A stretch of 48,250 bases of DNA from Candidatus Woesearchaeota archaeon (GCA_016180035.1 JACPCA010000008.1:1-48250), one strand, 5' to 3'; positions 9,571 to 19,650 are shown, counted from the first letter of the stretch. The notes: a model not told the origin generated them from the sequence alone. Translations and numbers: made by a program.

Positions 9571-10965
9571 TCAGTTAATCTCCATAAACTTTCTCATCAT
9601 AGGATGCATATCATAGAGATGGTGTTTCGCAATGTCTTCATACAGCCGGTAGATGATCATGACGGTCAGCATGAGCGCTGTACCTCGGGTTAATGATCCT
9701 GAAACGTCAGCGATAGACGCGAGGAACCCGATAGCAGCGCCGCCCATCACCGTCAAGGGCCCGATGTACCTGGCAAGCAGCCGTTCCATCACCCTTGGAT
9801 CACGCCGGAAGCCAGGGATCTGGAGCCCTGATGCCATCATCTGCTTTGCCTGGCTGCGGGCATCCATGCCAGAGGTCTGCACCCAGAAGATGGAGAACAC
9901 CACACAGCCAACGACCATGATGAGGATGAAAAATAAGGAAACACCAATGTCACCGACGGTAAGCGACCCTTTGATGATCTTGTCAAGAAGGTTAGGCGGG
10001 TTGGTCCAGGCAACAAGGCCGGTGATAGGGGCATTTCCAGAGAAGGTCCCCAGCCATGGATGTCCCCAGTTCTGCAGCAGACGAGCCCATAACTGGATGT
10101 TCGCCAGCAGGGCAGACACTAAAATGACAGGCAGGACATTGGCGTAGGCAAAGCTCAATGGCCATCGGATGCCGTGGCCGCGGACACGCCCGAAAGACAG
10201 GGGGATTTCTACTTTCATCGCCTGGATGTACACCGCGATCCCAAACACGAACAAGGTCGCTGCAATAGTCCCGATCTTCAGGAAGGCAGTGGTCGGGTCG
10301 CCTTGAGAAAGGGCCTGAAAAAGAGCAGGGATCGCTCCTGTGGCAATGCCAGGATTGCTAGGGGATGGAAGAGGGGAGAGGGCAGTGATGAAGATCTGCT
10401 TGGCGACGCCAGCAGCGATGAACAGGCTGATGCCGGAGCCAAAGCCCCACTTGCTCACAATCTCATCCATGAAGATGATGAGGACACCGCCGACAAAGAG
10501 CTGGAAGACCAGCAATAATTCGATCTGGAAGAAAAGGCCAGTGCCTGCAAGAGCATTATCTGGAGCAAGGCCGCCGAGGAAAACATAGATGCATGCTTCA
10601 AACAGGACGAAAAAGAGGGACAGCAGCTTCTGGATGCCCTGGAATCTTCTCTTCCCTTCATGGGTGGTAAGGTCAAACTTGACTATGCCTGAACCGTTCA
10701 GGAGCTGAAGAACGATGGAAGCAGTGACGATAGGGCCGATACCGAGAGAGATGATAGATCCGAATTCTGCCCCAAGGATGAGAGAAAGAAACTCGAACTG
10801 CTGGAGCGCGTTCTGGCCAAGGCCAAACAGGGGGATCAATCCGAGGATAAAGAAGAGGACAAGGACGATACCAGTCCATTTCAGCTTTTCCTTAAAGGAC
10901 AGCCTACGCTGGCTTGGAGCGCCAACTTCTGGGAGATAATTGATGAATGGATCAATAAGGGACAT
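9571..10965 (-). CDS. secY: Preprotein translocase subunit SecY
   Basis: LGIGPIVTASIVLQLL, DEIVSKWGFGSGISLFI, LQIPGFRRDPR; end of the spc operon. Confidence 0.98.
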   Translation of the reverse strand: MSLIDPFINYLPEVGAPSQRRLSFKEKLKWTGIVLVLFFILGLIPLFGLGQNALQQFEFLSLILGAEFGSIISLGIGPIVTASIVLQLLNGSGIVKFDLTTHEGKRRFQGIQKLLSLFFVLFEACIYVFLGGLAPDNALAGTGLFFQIELLLVFQLFVGGVLIIFMDEIVSKWGFGSGISLFIAAGVAKQIFITALSPLPSPSNPGIATGAIPALFQALSQGDPTTAFLKIGTIAATLFVFGIAVYIQAMKVEIPLSFGRVRGHGIRWPLSFAYANVLPVILVSALLANIQLWARLLQNWGHPWLGTFSGNAPITGLVAWTNPPNLLDKIIKGSLTVGDIGVSLFFILIMVVGCVVFSIFWVQTSGMDARSQAKQMMASGLQIPGFRRDPRVMERLLARYIGPLTVMGGAAIGFLASIADVSGSLTRGTALMLTVMIIYRLYEDIAKHHLYDMHPMMRKFMEIN

Positions 10966-11069
10966 CAGGAACCTCCTTCCGATATATTTTTGGCAGATGA
11001 TTTGCCGTTAATTTGCCTTTAGTAACGATTTGGAGATGACTTTACAAGGTTGGTAGCGTGGTTGGCAGT

Positions 11070-11609
11070 TTATTTCTTCAAAGGCGATCTCTCTGATGCA
11101 GATTCAGCAGCCTTCTCTTTTTTTTCTGGTGCCTTCCCTTCTTTTTCCTTTTTTTCTTTAACTTCCTCTTTTTCTTTGACTATCACGCTTCCTCCTGCGC
11201 TCTTGACTTTTTCAACAGCGCCAGCGGAAGCAGCATCAGCAGTGATGACAAGCTTGCGATGGACTATGCCAGTGCCAAGAAGCTTTTGGACACCAAGATC
11301 GTGCAGGTTGATGTGGATGACGCCCTGCTTGTCCTGCGCCAGGCTTTTCGCGACAAGAACATCCCATTTCTCATCAAGATACGCAAGAGTGACCGCCTTG
11401 ATGACATCAGCATTCTTCTTTTTGAATCCGAACTTTCCAAAATAGTCTAGCCCGGAAACGCTCGGCCAGTTCACGTCCGCGCGCTTTCCCGTCCCGGCAT
11501 TGCCTCGGCCGCCACGGCTTCCGCCGCCACGGCGCTTCTTCTTATGGCCGCCGCCGCAGCTGTTGCTGCCGCGGTAATTGACACGTTTTTTCTTTTTGTG
11601 GGTTGTCAT
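11070..11609 (-). CDS. rpl15: 50S ribosomal protein uL15
   Basis: RGSNSCGGG..RGGRGNAG, FGKFGF, KLLGTG, AVEKVKSAGG; Lys/Glu tail. Confidence 0.96.
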   Translation of the reverse strand: MTTHKKKKRVNYRGSNSCGGGHKKKRRGGGSRGGRGNAGTGKRADVNWPSVSGLDYFGKFGFKKKNADVIKAVTLAYLDEKWDVLVAKSLAQDKQGVIHINLHDLGVQKLLGTGIVHRKLVITADAASAGAVEKVKSAGGSVIVKEKEEVKEKKEKEGKAPEKKEKAAESASERSPLKK

Positions 11610-11674
11610 GGGCTGTAGAGGATCAGTAGTGGATTAGTAGTATAAGATCATTTCGCTGAGTGTCTCGTTGGGTA

Positions 11675-12157
11675 TCAGATCATTTTTTGGATGAGCTTGT
11701 TGATGGCATCCCCGCGATATCCGAGAGCGCCGCCCTCGCCATATGCCCGCTTGATGCCTCGGCGCTCGTAGCCTCCCCGAGGAGGGTGGAGATGGAAATA
11801 ATTTTTCATGTCTGATGTTGAAGGATCCTTGACACCGCGCTTGCTGGCGAGCAGCTGGTATCCTTCCGTGGACAGAAGGCCCCAGGTGATGTGATCCTTG
11901 ATCTTGATCAGCATCCCACGGATTGCCGGCGTATCCGGATATACCGCGCAGATATTGTTCTGGAACAGGTGAAGCTTCGACAGCGTGTCCTTGATCGGAA
12001 TCGGGACCTGGACGCAGCCGCGGATGCGGATGGCAGCAATCCTGCCGGAGGGGTTGGCAGATGAGGCTGCTGAAGGAGAAACTTTCGGCTTCTGCCCTGG
12101 CAGTGCCTTTTCCTTTTTCGCTTTCCGGAACGTCCGTACGGACGGATGGATGGCCAT
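11675..12157 (-). CDS. rpl30: 50S ribosomal protein uL30
   Basis: AAIRIRG, GMLIKIKDHITWG, LHPPRGG, GALGYRGDAINKLI. Confidence 0.95.
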   Translation of the reverse strand: MAIHPSVRTFRKAKKEKALPGQKPKVSPSAASSANPSGRIAAIRIRGCVQVPIPIKDTLSKLHLFQNNICAVYPDTPAIRGMLIKIKDHITWGLLSTEGYQLLASKRGVKDPSTSDMKNYFHLHPPRGGYERRGIKRAYGEGGALGYRGDAINKLIQKMI

Positions 12158-12159
12158 GG

Positions 12160-13074
12160 TTATGCTTCCTCGCGATTCCCTGATTCATCAGCCTTGCTAT
12201 CAGCAGTGTTTTCTACCCTGACAGGAGCTGTTCCTTCCACGATGCCGAGCATCTCGTGATCTCCAGGATGGATCTTTGTCTTCATCAGCTGGTGAAGGGC
12301 TTCAGTACAGGCGAAGAGGACATTTACCGTGCTTGCAGTTGTTCCAGAGAGCTGAGACCAGACATCCTTGATCCCCGCAAGCTGAAGCACCTTCCTGCAT
12401 TCTTTCTGGATGGCAAGCCCGGTACCTTGAGGGGCTGGCAGGAGCGTGATGCGGATCGAGCCGCACTTCCCCGTCACCTTGAACGGGATTGAATGGGGCT
12501 CTCGACAGCCGCACTGCCAAGAACCGCAGCCTCTCCTGATCTGGAATATGTTCAGCTTGGCGTTTCTCGTGGCTTTCTCCCGGGCAGGGACAGTCTCTTT
12601 TGCTTTTCCGTACCCGAGGCCGACAATGCCATTGGAGTTTCCGATGACAGCACAGGTGGCAAAGTTAGGCTTGTTTCCTTCTTTTGTCTTCTTCTGCGTC
12701 TGCTTGAAGACACGGCGCTGGCCGCCGCCAAATTTACCTTTGGACTGCCCGATGAGGAGCAGGTCTGATGGCATGCCTGGCAGGAGCGTATCGGTGATCT
12801 GGTATTCAAGGATGGCTTTTCCTGTTTCAAAAACGGATTCGATTGTCCTGTGCCTTCCTTCCTTCACGTCGCGGCCAAGATCTGTCTTCGGGATCCATGA
12901 ATCAAGAGCGCTGTCTTTGCGCGCTGGCACGGCAACAAATGTGCTCGTCGCTTCTGGCACGATGAGAGACGTCGGGGTCCCTTCCTCGATCGGCTTCACG
13001 ATAACCTCGTCACTCTCCTCTTTTTCCTTTGCCCGTGACGGCTTTGCTACCTTTGCTGCTGGTTTTGATTTCAT
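12160..13074 (-). CDS. rps5: 30S ribosomal protein uS5
   Basis: WIPKTDLG, IRRGCGSW, HSIPFKVTGKCGS, PAPQGTGL, AGIKDVWS. Confidence 0.97.
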   Translation of the reverse strand: MKSKPAAKVAKPSRAKEKEESDEVIVKPIEEGTPTSLIVPEATSTFVAVPARKDSALDSWIPKTDLGRDVKEGRHRTIESVFETGKAILEYQITDTLLPGMPSDLLLIGQSKGKFGGGQRRVFKQTQKKTKEGNKPNFATCAVIGNSNGIVGLGYGKAKETVPAREKATRNAKLNIFQIRRGCGSWQCGCREPHSIPFKVTGKCGSIRITLLPAPQGTGLAIQKECRKVLQLAGIKDVWSQLSGTTASTVNVLFACTEALHQLMKTKIHPGDHEMLGIVEGTAPVRVENTADSKADESGNREEA

Positions 13075-13748
13075 GATCGTGCACCCTGCTGTTTCTTTAC
13101 ACTGTTTACGCCATCCAATCTCTTCTGAGCCGGCTCCTGTCTTTTCTGGGCTGGCTTGCCTGCCGCAGCCGGTGTTGCTTTCTGGATCGCTGCCTTGACA
13201 GACTCAAAAATCTTGGTGATCTGCTCTGGATCAGCCTGCTGCTTGATGGACGAGGAAAACTGTTTCTGATACACGTCCTTGGATGCCTTGAGCTGTTTTG
13301 CGTACGATGCGATGTGGCTTCCGGAAATGCGGTCTGCTGCCGGAAGCGCGTCTGGGGAGCACGGCACAGAAAGGCCGCCGTCGATGCATCCTTTCACGAC
13401 CGCAAACAGGCGTGATTTGGAAAGAGGAGCGTACAGCCCAAGATCGACAATAGCATGCCTGTTGTCAGCCGGCACCTTCATCGAAAGGAGCAGGCCGGTA
13501 AGGTACGCGGCGCTGGTGTTAGCAGTGTTGAATGGCCAGCCAAGGGCGCGGAGCTCTTTGGACGTTGCGGATGCCACGATTTTATCCCCGCCGGGAGCAT
13601 ACCCTACCACTTGAGCAGTGAAATATTTGAGCGATCGGCGTATGACAAGGCGGTTGGCGCCAGACATGAGCAGCGCACGCCGCTTCTTGTAATTGGTCTT
13701 CCCATCCCGCTTTCTGCGGTACGGCACCGTGTAGGTTTTCTGGTTCAT
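13071..13748 (-). CDS. rpl18: 50S ribosomal protein uL18
   Basis: RRKRDGKTNYKKR, RLVIRRS, NTSAAYLTG, RISGSHIASYA. Confidence 0.96.
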   Translation of the reverse strand: MNQKTYTVPYRRKRDGKTNYKKRRALLMSGANRLVIRRSLKYFTAQVVGYAPGGDKIVASATSKELRALGWPFNTANTSAAYLTGLLLSMKVPADNRHAIVDLGLYAPLSKSRLFAVVKGCIDGGLSVPCSPDALPAADRISGSHIASYAKQLKASKDVYQKQFSSSIKQQADPEQITKIFESVKAAIQKATPAAAGKPAQKRQEPAQKRLDGVNSVKKQQGARS

Positions 13749-13767
13749 GGTTGATCAGGTGATCTGT

Positions 13768-14253
13768 TTATTTTTTGATTGGTGCAGGAGATGCTGCCTC
13801 TGATTTTTTCTGGAGGAGGCTGTTCTCTTCAAGGTAGAGCGTGACGTGGCGCTTGCTTCTAAAAAATCCGCCCTTGCATTTTAAGTATAACTCTCGGAAG
13901 GATTTTGGAGCCAGCAATCCTGCTTCTTTCAACTCCTGAAGATAGGAACGTTGAAGCCTGATCCGATAGATCCATGTCTGCTTCCTCGACTCCCTGGCAG
14001 TCTTCACTCCCTTCCTGGAGCCATGCCCGCTTCGCCGCCCTTTAGTTCTTTGGGCAGTTGCCTTTCGGATCCTTCCTCTAGATGAGCCGACAGTTGGCTT
14101 CTCTCGGACGATGCCGCTGTTCACCAGGGACCTCAGGTCTGCCTTGGTGATAGCCTCTTTGATCTGGTCGAGCTTGGAAGCATCAAACCAGACTTTCGAT
14201 GGGGAACAGCCCATGACATCGGCAGCAAGCCTTCGTTGAACGGTGAATTTCAT
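13768..14253 (-). CDS. rpl19e: 50S ribosomal protein eL19
   Basis: QRRLAA, AITKADLR, GRRSGHGSRKG, LYLKCKGGFF. Confidence 0.96.
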   Translation of the reverse strand: MKFTVQRRLAADVMGCSPSKVWFDASKLDQIKEAITKADLRSLVNSGIVREKPTVGSSRGRIRKATAQRTKGRRSGHGSRKGVKTARESRKQTWIYRIRLQRSYLQELKEAGLLAPKSFRELYLKCKGGFFRSKRHVTLYLEENSLLQKKSEAASPAPIKK

Positions 14254-14255
14254 AG

Positions 14256-14861
14256 TTATTGGGTATGGATGAGCTGGTCATCCTTCTCCTTTTTTTCTTC
14301 TGCTTTCTTTTCCTCTTCCGTGACAGCTTCATCGATAGAGGTCTTTTCTTTTTCTTTGTCTTTCTTTTCTGCCTGCTTCTTGAGCCCTTCTTTTTTCTTT
14401 GTTTTCTCGCTCTTCTTCTTTGCTTTTTCTTCTTTTCTGGCCCGAAGCTTCTCTTCGGCTTTTTTGACAGCTCCTGCAGGGTCTTTGACATTGAAGACCG
14501 TCAGTTTCTTCTTGATAGCTTCATGGAGCAGCTGGATCTTAAGCCGGAGGCCGACAGTGCTTCCGATAAGGATGCCCTGCTTGGATGGGTCGGCAGCAGC
14601 GATATCCTTCATGGACTGGACAATAAGGATGGGCATACCAGTGGGGTGGAAGCCCCGAACAGCAGCCGGAGACCGGAATCCGATAGCGACCTGGCTTGGA
14701 TGGCCTCGCCTGTTCAGGCGAAGCTTGGAGTCAATGCCCTTCGGCCGGCGCCAGGCGTGCTTGAGCCGCTTCAATTTTCGGCCAGACTGGCGGAGGAATT
14801 CTGGCTTTCGCTTCTTGATCCGCTTCCTTGCTGCCAGCAATCGTTTGATGTCTTGTGCCAT
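14256..14861 (-). CDS. rpl32e: 50S ribosomal protein eL32
   Basis: KPEFLRQ, WRRPKGIDSK, GFRSP, RGFHPTG; long charged tail. Confidence 0.96.
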   Translation of the reverse strand: MAQDIKRLLAARKRIKKRKPEFLRQSGRKLKRLKHAWRRPKGIDSKLRLNRRGHPSQVAIGFRSPAAVRGFHPTGMPILIVQSMKDIAAADPSKQGILIGSTVGLRLKIQLLHEAIKKKLTVFNVKDPAGAVKKAEEKLRARKEEKAKKKSEKTKKKEGLKKQAEKKDKEKEKTSIDEAVTEEEKKAEEKKEKDDQLIHTQ

Positions 14862-14944
14862 GATCGTATCGCGTGTTTGCCGTATCGCCTGTTGTTTGTC
14901 TTGTTTGTCCGCTATTTTTGGTATTTTTTCAATGATTATCTGGT

Positions 14945-15502
14945 TTACAATTCTACTGGGTGACCGTCCTTGTCAACGATGTAGATGCCGTCCTGGAATA
15001 TTCTTCTGTCCCTGTTCTGGATGATCGTCAACCGCTCGATGTCCGCAGCGCACTGGCTCACCTGTTCCAGGCTGACGCCTTCGACAGTGACATCCTGCCC
15101 GTTCACTTTCACGGTGACGCCGTCCCGGATCCGAAGTACTCTGGGGTATTTTTCACCGAGGAAGTTCTTGATCGAAAGGTCCATCCCTGACACTGCAGCA
15201 TTCATAGGGAAATGGCCGGAACAGATCTTCATCTTGTACACGTGGCCCTGGGTTACGCCTTTGATCATGTTTCGCAGATGGGACTCGATGGAACCCAGCC
15301 TTGTCTTCTCCCGCTTGGTTGCTTTTGCAGCAGAGACAGACAGGATGGAGTCTTGGACCTCTAGATGGACTGTCTTGTCCCGGAACTGCCTGGAAACTTC
15401 TCCCTTCGGCCCTTTCATGTGAACCTGGTATACCTGAGGGGTGATAGTCACCGTAACTCCAGCGGGAATGCTGACCTTCAAGGTGAGTGTCTTGTTTTTC
15501 AT
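14945..15502 (-). CDS. rpl6: 50S ribosomal protein uL6
   Basis: KGPKG, HLRNMIKGV, HFPM, NFLGEK, DRRIFQDGIYI; start set at MKNKTL. Confidence 0.96.
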   Translation of the reverse strand: MKNKTLTLKVSIPAGVTVTITPQVYQVHMKGPKGEVSRQFRDKTVHLEVQDSILSVSAAKATKREKTRLGSIESHLRNMIKGVTQGHVYKMKICSGHFPMNAAVSGMDLSIKNFLGEKYPRVLRIRDGVTVKVNGQDVTVEGVSLEQVSQCAADIERLTIIQNRDRRIFQDGIYIVDKDGHPVEL

Positions 15503-15585
15503 ATGTTTTGCACCGAACGATGATGATTGATGATTGGTAATAGGTATAATCAACAACAATATGTATGATCAACAACAGATACTAC

Positions 15586-15978
15586 TTAATAACAGTACGC
15601 CAGCAGGCGCCCTCCAAGCTTTCGTTGTTTTGCCTCTTGATGGGTCATAATACCTTGAGAGGTCGACACGATGATGATGCCGAAGCCTTTGGCGATGAGG
15701 AACCTCTTCTCAAATTTTTCATAGGTGTCGAGAGTGACAGACATTCTCGGCTTGATGGCGCCGCAGGCATTGATCATGCCGAGAAGAGGGATGACCAAAA
15801 AGTTCCCTTTGCCATCCTCGACCTCCTGGACATCGCCAAGATAATGATTCGTGTTCAGGATCGACAGCACCTGCTGCAGGAGATTGGACTTCGGCTTGAC
15901 AGCAACTTCTTTCTTGCCGATCCGCTCCGCGTTGAGCACGGCGGACAATGCATTAGATAATGGGTCATTGAGTGTCAT
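15586..15978 (-). CDS. rps8: 30S ribosomal protein uS8
   Basis: DPLSNAL, INACGAIKPR, STSQGIMTH, GGRLLAYCY. Confidence 0.97.
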   Translation of the reverse strand: MTLNDPLSNALSAVLNAERIGKKEVAVKPKSNLLQQVLSILNTNHYLGDVQEVEDGKGNFLVIPLLGMINACGAIKPRMSVTLDTYEKFEKRFLIAKGFGIIIVSTSQGIMTHQEAKQRKLGGRLLAYCY

Positions 15979-16004
15979 GATATCTTTCCTCGTTCAGTCC
16001 TTGT

Positions 16005-16235
16005 TCAGCCATACTTTTTGAATCCTAAATCTACTGCAATGTCACGGAAGCACTGCCTGCAGACGTGGATGGCATACTTGCCGATATGGGCGCGGATCCT
16101 GCCGCACCGCCGGCATCGCTTCAGGCTCCTGCCGCAGCTGCGGGCCTTTGGGGCATTGTGCTTCTTGTACTTCTGAAGCTTTGGCGGCTTCACGCTCAAT
16201 TGCTTGAACACCTTGTCGTAATTGCTGTAGCTCAT
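16005..16235 (-). CDS. rps14: 30S ribosomal protein uS14 (Zn-binding, N-extended)
   Basis: CRRCG, CRQCFR, LGFKKY. Confidence 0.95.
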   Translation of the reverse strand: MSYSNYDKVFKQLSVKPPKLQKYKKHNAPKARSCGRSLKRCRRCGRIRAHIGKYAIHVCRQCFRDIAVDLGFKKYG

Positions 16236-16747
16236 TCTTGGTCACCGATCTTCACGTTGAATGCTTGTTTCATGAATTCCATCGATTCTGTCTTGGTGAT
16301 GATATGCTTCTTGGAAACCGGCCTTGTCATCACTCGGCGGCGCTTGACGCGATAGCCTGGGCGATCGAGCGTGAGGCAGATCTGAAATCCCATCACCCCG
16401 ATTTCCGGATCGTACTTGACGCCGGGAACATCAATATATTCGTGGATGCCAAAGGAAACATTGCCGACATTGTCGAACTGGCTCTGCGTCAGGACATTGG
16501 ACTTTGCATCTAACAATCTCGGAAGGAGCTCTTGAGCGTTTTTTCCGCGAAGGGTGAGCTTGCAGCCGATCGGCAATCCCGGGCGAAGGCCCCATGCCGG
16601 GATTCTTTTCATCGTGAACGTCTGGACAGGATTGATGCCGCTGATATTTTTGAGGAGCTTGATGCCTTTCTTGAGCAGGTCTGGATTTTTTCCAGCGCCA
16701 ACATTCAATGTCAGCTTCTCAATCCTGATGCGTTTCATGGCGTTCAT
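16232..16747 (-). CDS. rpl5: 50S ribosomal protein uL5
   Basis: IEKLTLNVG, PIGCKLTLRG, GNVSFGIHEYI, YDPEIG, RPGYRV; start set at MNAMK. Confidence 0.96.
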   Translation of the reverse strand: MNAMKRIRIEKLTLNVGAGKNPDLLKKGIKLLKNISGINPVQTFTMKRIPAWGLRPGLPIGCKLTLRGKNAQELLPRLLDAKSNVLTQSQFDNVGNVSFGIHEYIDVPGVKYDPEIGVMGFQICLTLDRPGYRVKRRRVMTRPVSKKHIITKTESMEFMKQAFNVKIGDQE

Positions 16748-16852
16748 GGCCTGTACCTGTATTGTTAGCGTTTTTGTGATGGGGCAGCATTGTTTCACTG
16801 ATCATCTTTTCCATGATTCTTTTCTACGCTTCTCATTTCTTTTCTATGCCCC

Positions 16853-17539
16853 TCATCCTAATGTCACCGCAGGCTTGTCCTTGCCGACGACAAAAGCATG
16901 CTTTTTTGCAGTGATGGACGGCGTGCCGCCGATGTTGATCGTGATGATATCATCTTCAATCTTATCGATGGTGCAGATTCTTCCGCGGTACTTCCCTGCA
17001 ACGAGCATGGCATGGGCACCGTCCTGGAGTGGATAATGCGCCTTCACCGCCTGGTCAGGAAGCGCTAGTTCAAGCGAATCTCCGACCTTGTAGCCATCCT
17101 TCTCGACCGTGCTGTTCCTGCCATCGGAAAAGTTCAGCTGCGTCTTTCCTTGGGGAAGCTTTGCCTTTCCGATGATCCGTGACAGTTTCCTGCCTGCCTC
17201 GCCTTTCGGCACCGAGACGACTGCAAGCATCCCTCTCTTGGTGAGCGTCATGCGATAATGCTCATCCGTATCGACAAGAGACACCACATCCATAAGCCCG
17301 ACAGGGAACTTGACATCGAGCCGGCGGCGGCCGTCAACAAGGACGGTCTTATGCTGCAGGATGTATCGGACTTCCCGAGTAGTTTTGGCGCATTTTATCA
17401 TGTCTTTCAGCACGGTTGCAAGGGAAAGGCTGTAACTCAGGCCATGGCCTGACGGGTGCGGCCTCGTGACAAACACGGATTCTTTTCGCGCAAGCTGCCA
17501 TGTTTTTGGCGTTGCGATTCGTTTCAGGTGGGCTTTCAT
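16853..17539 (-). CDS. rps4e: 30S ribosomal protein eS4
   Basis: HLKRIATP, VLVDG, PVGLMDV, QLNFSDGRN. Confidence 0.96.
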   Translation of the reverse strand: MKAHLKRIATPKTWQLARKESVFVTRPHPSGHGLSYSLSLATVLKDMIKCAKTTREVRYILQHKTVLVDGRRRLDVKFPVGLMDVVSLVDTDEHYRMTLTKRGMLAVVSVPKGEAGRKLSRIIGKAKLPQGKTQLNFSDGRNSTVEKDGYKVGDSLELALPDQAVKAHYPLQDGAHAMLVAGKYRGRICTIDKIEDDIITINIGGTPSITAKKHAFVVGKDKPAVTLG

Positions 17540-17931
17540 GGTTTAGGGGTGATATGATGAACAAGGCGCTTTTCGCGCTTCTTGTCTCCAAGCTTGAGCT
17601 CGGTGATGAGGAGATTGGATGCGTGAAGCGGGGGAACGACGCGCGAGCCGTCTTTCCTGATGACTTCTATCCCAGTCACATACACTTTTGAGGTGGACAG
17701 ATTTACCCTGTCAACGGTTCCTGTGTGTCCCTTGTACTGGCCGCGCACGACCTTGACCTTGTCTCCGCTGCGAAGCAGGACTGATCTCGTCTTGTATTTT
17801 GCCCGCAGCTCCTTGGACAGGTGGCAGCCGAGATGCTTGCGAAGCGTGTGAAGCGGAGCGTTGTACCTGTATTTTCTCTGCTTTCGCGGCTGCGTGCTCG
17901 CGATCCAGTGGGATGACCATTCTTTGTTCAT
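17536..17931 (-). CDS. rpl24: 50S ribosomal protein uL24
   Basis: STQPRKQRK, LSKELR, GDKVKVVRG, HASNL; start MNKEWS after a GAGGA Shine-Dalgarno. Confidence 0.95.
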   Translation of the reverse strand: MNKEWSSHWIASTQPRKQRKYRYNAPLHTLRKHLGCHLSKELRAKYKTRSVLLRSGDKVKVVRGQYKGHTGTVDRVNLSTSKVYVTGIEVIRKDGSRVVPPLHASNLLITELKLGDKKREKRLVHHITPKP

Positions 17932-17943
17932 GTGTTCCTCAGC

Positions 17944-18207
17944 GGCTCTGTCTCGAATCTCCTTATGGGCGGTGCTGTTGCCAAGCGCCGTGCCCGATGT
18001 CCTAAGCGAATGCTCGGATACTTGGGATACGAGCGATTGGCAAGCGCGAACAGAGCGCAGCAGCACCGCCCATTTCGGGAGGGGAATGGCACTGCTGCGC
18101 TCCGTTCACCTATGGAATCGGCCATGAAACCGAGTCTTTCATTCATTGACGGGCAATGGATAACTGCACTTGGCAGCAGTGCCATTCCCGACATTCGGGA
18201 CAGAGCC
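17944..18207. mobile_element. MITE family A, complete 264-bp copy between rpl14 and rpl24
   Basis: 15-bp TIR GGCTCTGTCTCGAAT/ATTCGGGACAGAGCC; perfect 9-bp TSD TTCCTCAGC (17935-17943, 18208-18216); two 17-bp internal arms; second copy at 1-218. Confidence 0.9.
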
Positions 18208-18333
18208 TTCCTCAGCAGTGCGGTTATTGGCGCATCACATTCGATAGTGGATGATTTTTTATTGTTCATTTTTGATTGTTCAATGATGCCCTTTTTGATT
18301 GTTCGATAATGCTCTAGTTGATTACATAATCAA

Positions 18334-18735
18334 TTATACAATGATGCTGGCAAGTTTTGCTACTGCAGGCCATCGGTCACATGCTTCCTTGGCGATAGGG
18401 CCTTGGAGCTGGGTTCCCTTAGGATTTCCTTTATCATCCTTGAGGATGACGATGGAATTGTCTTCGAACTTGATCCTCATGCCATCAGGCCTGCGGTATT
18501 CCTTGCGCTGGCGGACGATGATGCCATACACCGCGGTTCCACGGACATCCGCTTTTCCTTTCTTGACCGAAACCATGACCAAGTCGCCGACGCCAGCTGC
18601 CTGGATCCTGCCGCGGACTGTCTTGTGGCCCTTGACCATGAACATGCGGACTTCCTTGGCGCCTGAATTATCACAGGGCTTCATGTAGCATCCGACTGGG
18701 ATTCCTCTGGTGACTTTTGACTTGTGCGCTTGCAT
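18334..18735 (-). CDS. rpl14: 50S ribosomal protein uL14
   Basis: DNSGAK, AGVGD, IVRQRKEYRRPDG, FEDN, PKGT..GPIAKE. Confidence 0.97.
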   Translation of the reverse strand: MQAHKSKVTRGIPVGCYMKPCDNSGAKEVRMFMVKGHKTVRGRIQAAGVGDLVMVSVKKGKADVRGTAVYGIIVRQRKEYRRPDGMRIKFEDNSIVILKDDKGNPKGTQLQGPIAKEACDRWPAVAKLASIIV

Positions 18736-18766
18736 GGATCATCACTTGGTCATTGGTGCTTATCGC

Positions 18767-19234
18767 TTATTCTTCCGAAGCCACGGCTTCCTTGCCTGCT
18801 TTCGCTTTTTTTCCTTTCTTCTCTTCCTTGCCTGCAGCAGCTTCAGCTTCGGTGCGCTTCTTGCCGGCGAACTCATGCTCGACAAAGCGGACATGAGATG
18901 CCTTGACTTTTTCGATGATGACAAAATGCTTTGTCTTGCTCAGCGGCCGTGTTTCAGCGATTTTCACCGTGTCTCCTTTTTCAGCGTGGATGCAGACAGG
19001 ATTGTGGACTTGGAGCTTTGTCATCCGTATCCCGTATCTCTCAAATTTTCGGATGTGATACCTTCGTTCCCAGCCTACCGTGGCAGTCTTTGCAGCTTTG
19101 ACCGATAGCACATTGGCAGTGAAGATCCTGCCTCGAAGGCTGATCCTCCCGTGGAAAGGGCAATGCTTGTCCTGGCAAGGAGATGCTGGAAGCGTTTCTG
19201 TTTTGATCCCGATGTTGTGGGTTGCTTGTTTCAT
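18767..19234 (-). CDS. rps17: 30S ribosomal protein uS17
   Basis: CQDKHCPFHG, KFERY, HNPVC, GDTVKIAETRPLSKTKHF; start uncertain (19234 or 19258). Confidence 0.95.
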   Translation of the reverse strand: MKQATHNIGIKTETLPASPCQDKHCPFHGRISLRGRIFTANVLSVKAAKTATVGWERRYHIRKFERYGIRMTKLQVHNPVCIHAEKGDTVKIAETRPLSKTKHFVIIEKVKASHVRFVEHEFAGKKRTEAEAAAGKEEKKGKKAKAGKEAVASEE

Positions 19235-19374
19235 GGTGATGAGGTTGGTGATTCGCATTTTTTATTCGCTGCGCTTTCGTATCTGTTTATTTCCTGTTTA
19301 TTTCACATTTGTCTCCGGTTTTTGGTATGCATTACCTCTCGTTTATGAACACATCGCTTATGATTGCGTATCGT

Positions 19375-19638
19375 TTATGGACGCCCTGTCTTGGCTTTCG
19401 CGTGAAGGCGCTCATCCGGCCTTCCATCGAGCAGTGATCCTTGGATGGCCGCACTGCCATTCACGGTGATCGTGACCTGCGACTTGATCAGCCGCTTCTG
19501 CCCTGCGCCTTCCTGGACAATGATGGTGTGCTTTGACTCGTCGATGACGCGCCCTTCAATCCCGATGAGGGATCTGTTGTTGGAATCAACCACGCGAATG
19601 GCTGACCCCAGCAGGATGATGGAAGCAGGCTGCTTCAT
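19375..19638 (-). CDS. rnp1: Ribonuclease P protein subunit Rpp29
   Basis: LIGIEGRVIDESK, GRPDER; canonical position between SUI1 and rps17. Confidence 0.9.
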   Translation of the reverse strand: MKQPASIILLGSAIRVVDSNNRSLIGIEGRVIDESKHTIIVQEGAGQKRLIKSQVTITVNGSAAIQGSLLDGRPDERLHAKAKTGRP

Positions 19639-19650
19639 GCCGCACCGTTC

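Noticed and set aside
17932..18066. 45-aa N-terminal extension of uL24 in the ORF track
   Set aside because: It runs through the MITE; the real start is ATG 17931 with an RBS.
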